64,000 nt of DNA from contig JABHQW010000008.1 of the NCBI GenBank assembly GCA_018696595.1, forward strand, positions 256,001 to 320,000, in the 5' to 3' direction. The notes under the pieces were generated by a model that had not been told where the DNA came from, ran no database searches, and was given only the letters and a program-made list of their open reading frames with translations. The number at the start of each line of letters is the position of its first letter. Position 1 is the first letter of the stretch. This stretch comes from Candidatus Woesearchaeota archaeon (GTDB taxonomy: Archaea > Nanobdellota > Nanobdellia > Woesearchaeales > GW2011-AR9). The position numbers and the translations under genes were made by a program. Below are positions 20,196 to 28,243 of this stretch, piece after piece.

Positions 20196-20722
20196 AGACT
20201 ACTTTAAAGAAAGAATTAGCTAAGAATAGCATCATTTTATTGGTAGTGCCAAACAAAGATTATAATAAAATTATTCTGCGAGAAGTTAAGAAACTTAAAG
20301 GCAAGAATATTTGTTATGTAACCACAAATAAAGGTCATAGTGCTTTAGTAAACGATTTTGAAAAAAATAAGATTGATACCAAGAAATTCTTTTTTATTGA
20401 TTGTGTAACTTCCACAATTCTTAAACCAAAAATAACTCCTCCGAATTGTGCTTTAGTATCTTCTCCTCGAGCTTTAACAGAATTAAGTTTGGCTATCAAT
20501 AAGTTTGTAGATATTCATTTCCCATTAATCTTTATTGATTCTTTGTCTACTCTTTTAGTTTATCATAGTCCAAAAGTGTTGACTAATTTTGTTCATAGTT
20601 TAAGTACTAAAGTTAGAGAAACTGGTCATGTGGTTCTAGTGATGACTATTGCCGATAAAGATAAGAAAACAGAATTATATAAAAAGCTACAAGTTTTAGC
20701 TGATAAAGTTATCAAAGTATAA
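20192..20722 (+). CDS. Inactive KaiC/RecA-fold protein (DUF7504/DUF835-like)
   Basis: CYVTTNK, FFFIDC, IFIDSLSTLL, LADKVI; no Walker A. Confidence 0.7.
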   Translation: MKTTLKKELAKNSIILLVVPNKDYNKIILREVKKLKGKNICYVTTNKGHSALVNDFEKNKIDTKKFFFIDCVTSTILKPKITPPNCALVSSPRALTELSLAINKFVDIHFPLIFIDSLSTLLVYHSPKVLTNFVHSLSTKVRETGHVVLVMTIADKDKKTELYKKLQVLADKVIKV

Positions 20723-20849
20723 TTATTTATTTCTTATTTTTGAAGATAATCAGAATTACCTTATTCTCAATAAATTTAAGTTTTTAACCAAAAACTTTAT
20801 ATATCTAAGATGCACACCATATGCACAGGGGGTACACCCGGAGGTCAAA

Positions 20850-21104
20850 ATGGTTTATGCAAGAATAACTTTGAATGATTATGCAAATAAAGTACTTAAT
20901 GTAGTTAAAGCTAAATTTAGCCTTAATGATAAGTCTGAAGCAATTAATAAATTTGTTGAAATGTATGGTGAAGAAGTAGTGGAGAAAGAAGCTAATGATG
21001 AATATGTCAAGAAAGTAATTAAAATGACTGATGAGCATATCAAAAAATATGGTTACCGAAAAATGAATCTAAAAGAATTAGATAAAATTAGTGGTTTAAA
21101 TTAA
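20850..21104 (+). CDS. Antitoxin (DUF2683-like, ribbon-helix-helix)
   Basis: MVYARITLNDYANKVLNVVKAKFSLNDKSEAIN; GGAGG RBS; directly upstream of RelE-like gene. Confidence 0.75.
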   Translation: MVYARITLNDYANKVLNVVKAKFSLNDKSEAINKFVEMYGEEVVEKEANDEYVKKVIKMTDEHIKKYGYRKMNLKELDKISGLN

Positions 21105-21117
21105 AGGGGTTTTTTAT

Positions 21118-21390
21118 ATGTTTGATTTTGATTTGCATGATAAATTAAGTACGATTCTTAGTAAGTTATCTAAAAAGGACAAAAAGAAAGTTGAGATTAT
21201 CAATAAGAAAATTAAAGAAATTATTGCCAATGACCATAAAACAATTGACAGGTATAAAAATCTAAGAACTCCGTTACAACATTTAAAGCGTGTTCATATT
21301 GACAAACATTTTGTTTTAACTTTTAATGTCGATAAAGAAAAAAACTTTATTTTATTCGTGGATTTTGCTCATCATGACACTGTTTATTAA
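21118..21390 (+). CDS. RelE/ParE/YafQ-superfamily toxin
   Basis: YKNLRTPLQHLKRVHIDKHFVLTF...FAHHDTVY. Confidence 0.8.
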   Translation: MFDFDLHDKLSTILSKLSKKDKKKVEIINKKIKEIIANDHKTIDRYKNLRTPLQHLKRVHIDKHFVLTFNVDKEKNFILFVDFAHHDTVY

Positions 21391-21407
21391 AGAATTAATT
21401 ATAATAT

Positions 21408-22616
21408 CTAAGGTCCTTGAATCTCGCCGAATACTTCTTGTTCAGGATAAACTGTTACACCTTTCTCACCAATACTCATCGCTACAATCTTGTTCTGATG
21501 AGAAGTACCACGTAATTTAAGGATCTCAATCGCTCTTTCCCTGATGTTGCCACGTTTGATGTTATAGATAACAATAACCCCATCGGCAAGGAACTCTTCA
21601 ACACCAGTAGTAGAGAAAATCTTAGGAACTTGTTCAGTTTCCGTAATTAAAAGAGCAGTAGCTTTAATATTTTCAAAGAATCTGAACAACTGTTCAATAT
21701 AAATTCTGTATGATTCATCTTTAGCAGTAAAAGCAGAAGCAATCGCAGTTAAAGAGTCAACAACAATAAAGTCCGGTTTGAAACCTTTTGGTAAAATCAA
21801 CGGATCAACTTCAATCATTAACTCACCTTTAGCTTGCATTAGAAGAGCATCTACACTACGAGTAATTTCAAAAGGATTAAATCGTTTAACATAAAATTGT
21901 TTCTTCTTAATATACTTTCTAGGATTCCAACCAAACTGTTCCATGTGTCCAATAAGTTTTTCTTCAGATTCTTCAAAACTCATCATAATACATTTCTTTC
22001 CTTCAGCAAGATGATGAAATAAAGTTTGTAAACAGAAAATAGTTTTTCCTGAACCTGCACCACCAGCAACTAAGATTGAACCGTTTTTTGGAATGCCATT
22101 ATCAAGTAAGTCATCAAATCCAGGAACCCCTGTATAAATAAACCCTTCTTTAGCTGCAGTAGCATGGCTTCTTTCAAATTGAGATTTAATTTCTGCTTTT
22201 AATGAGCCAAGATCAAATAGTTTATTTCCTGTCGGTTTAGCTGCTACTGTTTCTTCTGTTGGAATTGTTTCTTTACCTTTCGAATCAACATCTTTTACGG
22301 TTTCTTGATCTCCTTTTGGAGCAATAATCTTATCTTTAATTCCTTTAAGTTGATTTTTGATTTTGTCTTTAATCACTACTTTTGTTTTAACTTGAGAAAC
22401 TTTTACAGTAGGGATTTTCTTTCCTTTCTTCAATTTAGGTGTTGCAGTCAATTCTTTGCCTAAATGTTTAACAATTTTCTTACGTTTCTTTCTAATTTCT
22501 TGGGTTATAACTTTCTTTCTAGCAGGACTTACTTGATGGATATACTGCTTTTTCTCTTTATCTACTTTGTGCAGCTTCTTATTTCGAGCAGATTCGGCTT
22601 TACTTAATAATCCCAT
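21408..22616 (-). CDS. KaiC-like (RAD55/GvpD) ATPase with long Lys-rich N-terminal extension
   Basis: TGVPGFD, GGAGSGKT, FEES, VVDSLT, EEFLADGV, ILKLRG. Confidence 0.9.
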   Translation of the reverse strand: MGLLSKAESARNKKLHKVDKEKKQYIHQVSPARKKVITQEIRKKRKKIVKHLGKELTATPKLKKGKKIPTVKVSQVKTKVVIKDKIKNQLKGIKDKIIAPKGDQETVKDVDSKGKETIPTEETVAAKPTGNKLFDLGSLKAEIKSQFERSHATAAKEGFIYTGVPGFDDLLDNGIPKNGSILVAGGAGSGKTIFCLQTLFHHLAEGKKCIMMSFEESEEKLIGHMEQFGWNPRKYIKKKQFYVKRFNPFEITRSVDALLMQAKGELMIEVDPLILPKGFKPDFIVVDSLTAIASAFTAKDESYRIYIEQLFRFFENIKATALLITETEQVPKIFSTTGVEEFLADGVIVIYNIKRGNIRERAIEILKLRGTSHQNKIVAMSIGEKGVTVYPEQEVFGEIQGP

Positions 22617-22621
22617 TTTAG

Positions 22622-24514
22622 CTATTTAACCCCATACTTATTCATAATCTTTTTATAAGTTTTGAAATCTTTTGATTTTGAAAATGCGTTAATTTCTTTT
22701 TTAGGCAATTTTCCAAGTAAACCATCAATTTTTCTTAATGCCGGTTTAAGATCTTTATCCACATCAACATTAGATTTAACTTTAACCCTAATACGTTTAA
22801 TCTCTTTAACAATTCTCGTTTTGATTTTAACAACTTGTACAATTTTTGTTTTTATTTTAATAATTGGTAATTTCTCATCAATAATTAAATGCAACTTGTG
22901 TAGTTCATCTCTTAACTTATTAGCATCATTAACTCTTTTAATTTTTTCTTTAACAACTTTATTTAAGTTTTTAAGTTGTTTATCCCTATCAGATAATTTT
23001 TCTGAAATGGCCTTATAATTAGCTTTAGTCTTCTCTTGTTTATCCTCTAGCTTTATTTCTTCCTCTCTTAATTTTCGAAGAATGTTCTCGTTATTAGCTG
23101 TTTTATTTGATATGTTAGATTTTCTTTTACGAAGAGTTTTAGCCTTTTCTAATAATTTCAATCTATTAGCAGATAACTCTTTCTTTTTAGTTTCCATTTC
23201 ATTATCGATTTCAGATTTCCTTTTCTCTAATTGTTTGGAAGCGCTTCCTTTTTTACGATTAAGAACAACAATTTCTTTATCTAAATCAGCAATCTTTAAT
23301 CCTGCCTGTTTGTTAGCCCGTGCTTGTTTAAGTTTAAGCCTTTTCTTTTCATTTTCAAGATTATTTTTTAATTGTACTTTTTTTCTCGTCAAATCGACAC
23401 TAATTTTTTGTTGTTTAATTTTTTCTAAAGCAATTTCTTTTTCTACATTTTTGATTTTCTTCCAAGTGTTAGATTTAACTTCATCTTCTAATCGGGCAAT
23501 ATAATTATCTAAACGATCATAAACTGGTTTCTTTAAGAGTGATTGTTTAATTTTTCTTTCTAATTGGATTTTTTGGACTATTTTTCTTAATAACTGTTCT
23601 TCTTCAACTAGACTTTGATGTTTTCTTTTTTCAGAAGAAATTTGATTGTTAGTAGCAGTTAATGATTTCTTATTTTTATTTAACTTAGTCATAGCAAAGT
23701 TTTGTTTTTGGTTAAGAGCTTTAATTCTTTTACCCACTTCTTCTTTTTTCAAAGCTTGTTTTCGATAAGCTTCTTGTGTTCTCGTTAAATCTTTGGAAAT
23801 ATCTTCAATTTGTTTATTTAAATCTAAATGTTTCTTAACAATTTTCTGTTGTTTTTCATTTTGAACTTTACTTTCCTTTCTTACTGATAATAATAATTGT
23901 CTTTTTACAGCTGCTAATGAAGTTTCAATATTATCAAGTAAAGTTTGGTGTTCTTTTTTCTCTTTTAAAACTTTAATTTGTAACTGCTCAATATTTCTCT
24001 TCTTAGCTAAAAATTCTTTTTGTGTAGAAAAAGAGTTATCTTGGAACGAACGTAATTGTCTTTTTTTAAGCAACATTTCTTTCTCTATGTTTTTAAGACT
24101 AGTTTTAGCTTTAGATTTTTCAGCTTTAAAACTATCAATCACTGCTGGCATATCTCCAGAAACCGCTTTAACCGCAGTTAACATCTTTTCAATTTTGTTT
24201 AATTTTATTTTTCCTGTTTTTAATTCATTCTCTTTTTCTTGAATGTCAAGCAAAATCATTTTCGTTTTTGCTTCATTAATACTTTTCCTTTGTAATAATT
24301 CTTTTTCCAAATCATTCATTTCTCTTTTAATTTGGTTTAAAGCTTGGCTATCTCTATTCAGTAAACTTAAAGAGGCTGTTCTTCTTCTTTCCCATGACTT
24401 TAATTTATTACTGAAGCTTTTCTTTTCTTTTTCTAAAACTTTAATTTTCCTTCCAGATTCAGAAAGAATTTTGTTAATCTCCTTCTCCAAATTGAGCAAT
24501 AATTCTGGCATCAC
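22622..24514 (-). CDS. Long Lys/Glu-rich coiled-coil protein with small C-terminal domain; start uncertain
   Basis: ~560 aa of heptads; C-terminus LLGKLPKKEINAFSKSKDFKTYKKIMNKYGVK; GTG/ATG start lies inside the TrkA frame. Confidence 0.75.
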   Translation of the reverse strand: MMPELLLNLEKEINKILSESGRKIKVLEKEKKSFSNKLKSWERRRTASLSLLNRDSQALNQIKREMNDLEKELLQRKSINEAKTKMILLDIQEKENELKTGKIKLNKIEKMLTAVKAVSGDMPAVIDSFKAEKSKAKTSLKNIEKEMLLKKRQLRSFQDNSFSTQKEFLAKKRNIEQLQIKVLKEKKEHQTLLDNIETSLAAVKRQLLLSVRKESKVQNEKQQKIVKKHLDLNKQIEDISKDLTRTQEAYRKQALKKEEVGKRIKALNQKQNFAMTKLNKNKKSLTATNNQISSEKRKHQSLVEEEQLLRKIVQKIQLERKIKQSLLKKPVYDRLDNYIARLEDEVKSNTWKKIKNVEKEIALEKIKQQKISVDLTRKKVQLKNNLENEKKRLKLKQARANKQAGLKIADLDKEIVVLNRKKGSASKQLEKRKSEIDNEMETKKKELSANRLKLLEKAKTLRKRKSNISNKTANNENILRKLREEEIKLEDKQEKTKANYKAISEKLSDRDKQLKNLNKVVKEKIKRVNDANKLRDELHKLHLIIDEKLPIIKIKTKIVQVVKIKTRIVKEIKRIRVKVKSNVDVDKDLKPALRKIDGLLGKLPKKEINAFSKSKDFKTYKKIMNKYGVK

Positions 24515-24911
24515 CGTAAGTTCTTAAAATTCTTTTGATTGCACTAGCATTACTTCCTGCTGCAGAAACGAACGTGCTAACTCCTAATTTTGCAAATAAT
24601 TCTTCATTTTTTGGTTTTCTTACTAAAGGAACAACTTTTTGTACTTTCTCTGATTTTCCAATTTGTGAAATCATTAAGTTAGTAGTATCATCACCAGTTG
24701 CAACCACTAAAGCATCAACTTTATCAATTTCTGCTTCTTTTAAAATAGAAATATCTGTACCATCACCATGAATGACTAAAGCGTTAGTTTTTTGCGCTAA
24801 CTCTTTAGCACGGATTTCATCTTTTTCAACAAGAGTAACTTCCATTTCCTTTTCAAATAGTTTTGCTAGAGTTAGGCCAGTTTCCCCGCCACCAACAATA
24901 ATAATTTTCAT
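24474..24911 (-). CDS. TrkA-N (RCK NAD-binding) domain protein, truncated before TrkA-C
   Basis: IIIVGGGETG, VTLVEKD, IHGDGT, ATGDDTTN; ends at FGEGD*. Confidence 0.8.
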   Translation of the reverse strand: MKIIIVGGGETGLTLAKLFEKEMEVTLVEKDEIRAKELAQKTNALVIHGDGTDISILKEAEIDKVDALVVATGDDTTNLMISQIGKSEKVQKVVPLVRKPKNEELFAKLGVSTFVSAAGSNASAIKRILRTYGDARIIAQFGEGD

Positions 24912-25001
24912 TTTCTTAACCTCTTTTTTAATATGATTTTTTAATAATGTTATATAATCTAAATACTTACCTATATAAAAATCTTGCTTTTCTTTAACTA
25001 C

Positions 25002-25742
25002 TTAATGTCCCACATGTAAATTTAATTTAAGACTCAATTTCTGATAAACAAACCCGGCAACACTTTTTAAATTCTCAATATCTTCACCATTATACTCCAA
25101 TAACAAATCCAAATACTCTCGGTCGCCAGAAGCGTGGAACGCTTTCCATAAGTCAACAGGATTGCCATAAAGATGAGCTGGCCTCCCTAATCCCAGTCTC
25201 TTCTCAACTTCTTTCAACCCTCCAACTAATCCTAAATTAACACAAAGTTGTTTCAAGTCTAGATGAGCAACTTTAACAACAATACCCATTTCCTTTCTTA
25301 ACTTCGGTAAATCAAACGCACCACCATTAAACGTAACAATTAATTTGTACTTCGATAACTCTTTTTCAATTTCTCCTTTTGACAAATTAACTCCTTTGAC
25401 AAAATAATTACTATTGTAATAATCAGAAATGCCTACTACGATAACTTTCCCCACAGAATCAACTTCAATATCCAAGTAACCTGTTTCTTCTTTAAAATAG
25501 TCATACAATCTCCAAGTCTCAACAGCAGCTAATTTTCCAATAAAATAATTACTCTCCTCATTAACTAAAGCTTCTTTAGCCTCTTTAATTTTCCGATTAT
25601 AATATTCTTTGCTTCGCACAGAAATTCCTTTAATCTTATCAACACGAAGAAAATCATTCCAATCTTTAATTCCTGAGTTCCAAATATTTTTCTCCTTACC
25701 GGAACCAACTTTCTCCAAAAAAATAAACGATTTTCTGATCAT
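25002..25742 (-). CDS. RNase H-like (YprB/DEDD) exonuclease family protein
   Basis: YLDIE, TFNGGAFDLP, HLDL, GGLKEVEKRLG, YNGED. Confidence 0.85.
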   Translation of the reverse strand: MIRKSFIFLEKVGSGKEKNIWNSGIKDWNDFLRVDKIKGISVRSKEYYNRKIKEAKEALVNEESNYFIGKLAAVETWRLYDYFKEETGYLDIEVDSVGKVIVVGISDYYNSNYFVKGVNLSKGEIEKELSKYKLIVTFNGGAFDLPKLRKEMGIVVKVAHLDLKQLCVNLGLVGGLKEVEKRLGLGRPAHLYGNPVDLWKAFHASGDREYLDLLLEYNGEDIENLKSVAGFVYQKLSLKLNLHVGH

Positions 25743-25797
25743 AACTATTTCAAGAATAAACTAATTTAAATGTTTATGTTTTTCTACCTCGCAGGGA

Positions 25798-25814
25798 CAG
25801 GAAATTTTTATAAA
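25798..25814 (+). promoter_or_regulatory. BRE/TATA-like promoter for candidate ncRNA
   Basis: CAGGAAA followed by TTTTTATAAA, ~25 nt before the first hairpin. Confidence 0.55.
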
Positions 25815-25837
25815 CTCCTCGACATTCTACTTATTTC

Positions 25838-26026
25838 CTACTGTTCACGGGAGAATTGATTTCACTTGTTGATGTCTTCGGATTGATGCTTGTGTTTGAT
25901 GCTTCGGACGTGTTCAGTTAAATCGTTTCAGTTGTTTGCGGGAGAATTGATTTCGCTTGTTGACGTCTTCGGATTGATACTTGTGTTTGAAACTTCGGAC
26001 GTGAACTGCTGAGAATTTCTTTTTTT
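25838..26026 (+). ncRNA. Candidate ncRNA of two tandem UUCG-capped rod hairpins
   Basis: 65-nt direct repeats 25848-25912 and 25939-26003 (5 differences), c(UUCG)g loops, pairing-compatible changes, oligo-T at 26016-26026. Confidence 0.65.
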
Positions 26027-26112
26027 CATTCAATGATAAGTTGAATAATAACAAATTTTATATACTTCTCCGTAACGTGATACTCTATTAATCCATGGGG
26101 GTGGAAATTAAA

Positions 26113-26877
26113 ATGGTAAATTTATTATTGTTTGGGTTATTGAATCCAATTGTTATTGCCGTAATCTTAATCGTTCTGGCAAGTTTGAAAGTTGTTAAAG
26201 AATACGAACGGGGAGTTCGATTTACATTAGGAAAATATACGGGGATGATGAAACCAGGATTAAGAATGGTTATTCCAGTAATTCAAAGTTGGGAAAGAGT
26301 TGATTTGAGAGTGAAAGCTGTTGACGTTCCTGATCAAGATTGTATTACTAAAGACAATGTTTCTGTAAGGGTTAATGCAGTTTTATACTTTAAAGTAGCC
26401 GAAGCAGAGAAAGCAATCATCGGAGTAGAAAATTACTTTTATGCAACATCTCAGTTATCACAAACTACTATGCGAGATATTGTGGGGGAAGTTACTTTGG
26501 ATGAACTTTTAAGAGAAAGAGATGAAATCTCAAAGAAGATAAAAATGATTGTTGACAAAGCAACTGATCCTTGGGGAATTAAAGTTGAGTCAGTAGATTT
26601 GAAACATGTAGAACTTCCAGATAACATGAAAAGAACTATGGCTAAGGAAGCCGAATCTGAGCGAGAAAAGCGAGCAGTAATCATTAAAGCAGAGGGAGAA
26701 GTTATGGCTGCTAATAATATGTCTAAAGCCGCTACAATGCTTGCAAAGGCGCCTGGTGCTTTACATCTGAGAACTTTACAGAGTATTAACGACATGAGTT
26801 CAGATCAAAGTAACACGATTGTCTTTGCTGTACCTTTAGAAATCTTGAAATCATTCGAAGGGTTCGCTAAGAAATAA
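26113..26877 (+). CDS. SPFH/Band-7 (stomatin/slipin) family protein
   Basis: EYERGVRFTLG, ITKDNVSVRVNAV, AESERE, ALHLRTLQ; start at 26113 after GGGGTGG. Confidence 0.93.
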   Translation: MVNLLLFGLLNPIVIAVILIVLASLKVVKEYERGVRFTLGKYTGMMKPGLRMVIPVIQSWERVDLRVKAVDVPDQDCITKDNVSVRVNAVLYFKVAEAEKAIIGVENYFYATSQLSQTTMRDIVGEVTLDELLRERDEISKKIKMIVDKATDPWGIKVESVDLKHVELPDNMKRTMAKEAESEREKRAVIIKAEGEVMAANNMSKAATMLAKAPGALHLRTLQSINDMSSDQSNTIVFAVPLEILKSFEGFAKK

Positions 26878-26920
26878 TTTTTTTTATTTTATTTTTTCTT
26901 TTTTATTTTTTTAAGAAAGT
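26878..26920. terminator. T-rich tract between convergent genes
   Basis: TTTTTTTATTTATTTTTTCTTTTTTATTTTTTT. Confidence 0.5.
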
Positions 26921-28012
26921 TCAAAATTCTAGGAGTATTTTTTTATTCTTCAAATCAATCCCTTTGATCTTCTTAACTTTTTTCAACTCGCTTTCAATCT
27001 CTTTCCAATCTTTACCTTCTTTTCTTGCAGATTTAACAAAATCAATAATCTTTTGTAAGGGTTGGTAGTTCTCATAAACAGTCTCTCCCTTTTGGGTATT
27101 TAATACAATCTTATCTTCTTGTTTCTTAATCGATTTTTTCTGGTTAGAAATTATTCCTTTAGCCGAAATTATTCTTTGTTCATAGGGAGATATAATCTCA
27201 AACGGATTAAGAATATTGATTGCTTCATTATACGTTTCAGTTTTCTTTACTACTTTCTCCTCATTAGTTAATTCAAAAGGGGTTATCTGATTTTCATAAA
27301 TAAATCCAGAAGGTTTCTCAATAACTTTCAATAATGTTTTAATCCCTTTAATAATTTCTTTAATCTCTTTTTCAGTAACATCATTTTGTAATTTGTCTTT
27401 ATCAACATCAGCTAATCTACAAATCTCTTCTGCATATAATCCACCAAATCCCACTTCTGTAGCAATTGAAGTAGCCAAATTCTTTTTATCACTCTTTTTC
27501 AAAACAGTAGTTAACTCTTTCTCATTCAACTTTTTCCAATCAATTCCTGGCGTAGGAAAAACATACTTCTCTTTCACTCTGATATTACGATCTTTCCATT
27601 TCTTTTGTTCAAGGGCAGCAATAATCATATCTTTAGAGTCAGTCAAAATCAAATTTCCACGAGAGAACAATTCAATAATTAGATAATACTTCTCCTTTTT
27701 TTCAATTTCAAAAACAATAATTCTTTCAGCGCCTTTTTGTTCAATCTTTCTAATAGAAGCGTTATCCAAATATTTCCTTAATTGCATACAGAATGAAGAT
27801 GGTTTTAGGGGGGTATCTTTCCGCGAAGTCAAACAAAGAAATTTTCCAGGAACAATTTTCAATAATTGTTTGCCTTCGCCTTTAGCATGTAACTGAAATA
27901 ATAGCTCCATCTTTTCCTGGTGGTAAACTTGCGATATTCTTCCATCTACTAAGAACTGTAATTCGTTAATAATCGCTGCTAGTTCAAGTGAAGCTAATCC
28001 TTTTTTGTTCAT
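26921..28012 (-). CDS. NFACT/Rqc2 (FbpA) N-terminal domain protein, lacks NFACT-R
   Basis: PSSFCMQLRKYL, ERII, IIELFSRGNLILTD, GFGGLYAEEI (HhH); only 363 aa. Confidence 0.85.
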   Translation of the reverse strand: MNKKGLASLELAAIINELQFLVDGRISQVYHQEKMELLFQLHAKGEGKQLLKIVPGKFLCLTSRKDTPLKPSSFCMQLRKYLDNASIRKIEQKGAERIIVFEIEKKEKYYLIIELFSRGNLILTDSKDMIIAALEQKKWKDRNIRVKEKYVFPTPGIDWKKLNEKELTTVLKKSDKKNLATSIATEVGFGGLYAEEICRLADVDKDKLQNDVTEKEIKEIIKGIKTLLKVIEKPSGFIYENQITPFELTNEEKVVKKTETYNEAINILNPFEIISPYEQRIISAKGIISNQKKSIKKQEDKIVLNTQKGETVYENYQPLQKIIDFVKSARKEGKDWKEIESELKKVKKIKGIDLKNKKILLEF

Positions 28013-28058
28013 AGTGTTAAGAAATCGTCTGTTTATATAAAAATATTCTTTTCTATAG

Positions 28059-28232
28059 CTTCATCCAGAATAATAACATTTTGTATACTGCCTGCAATAG
28101 GCGCATTTTTGGAGTAGGGCACGGCACCTTAGATTTTACTCATAAAATTCGTAAAATGTGCCTCCATTGGCGCCACTCCAAAAATCCACGCGCCGGCACG
28201 CAGTATACAAATTCATTTTATTCTAGATGAAG
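28059..28232 (-). ncRNA. 174-nt nested hairpin carrying the GC-CAAUGGA-GGCAC/GUGCC-GU-GC motif
   Basis: Arms CTTCATCCAGAATAA/TTATTCTAGATGAAG, TTTGTATACTGC/GCAGTATACAAA, TTTTTGGAGT/ACTCCAAAAA, GGCAC/GTGCC; mismatches are G.U on minus. Confidence 0.6.
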
Positions 28233-28243
28233 TTCTTTTCTAT

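Noticed and set aside
25856-25900. Box C/D guide, K-turn or H/ACA RNA
   Set aside because: No CUGA boxes or UGAUGA, the GA pairs are in symmetric loops without the 3-nt bulge, and no proper pseudouridylation pocket
25848-26003. Repeat-spacer-repeat as a mini CRISPR array
   Set aside because: Only two units, 65 nt is too long for a repeat, the 26-nt gap participates in the stems, and no cas genes are in the window
25848-26029. Repeats as coding sequence (33-aa minus-strand ORF from 26029, or plus-frame GELISLVDVFG...)
   Set aside because: Period of 91 breaks the frame, the plus frames have no start codon, and base-pairing explains the substitutions; not fully excluded
28113-28180. HDV-like ribozyme, fluoride riboswitch or GTAG-type REP as identity of the shared motif
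   Set aside because: GCC-UCCAUU-GGC mimics P3/L3 but P1.1, P4 and downstream P2 are missing; the fluoride aptamer 3' elements are absent; GTAG occurs in only one copy and has no CTAC partner
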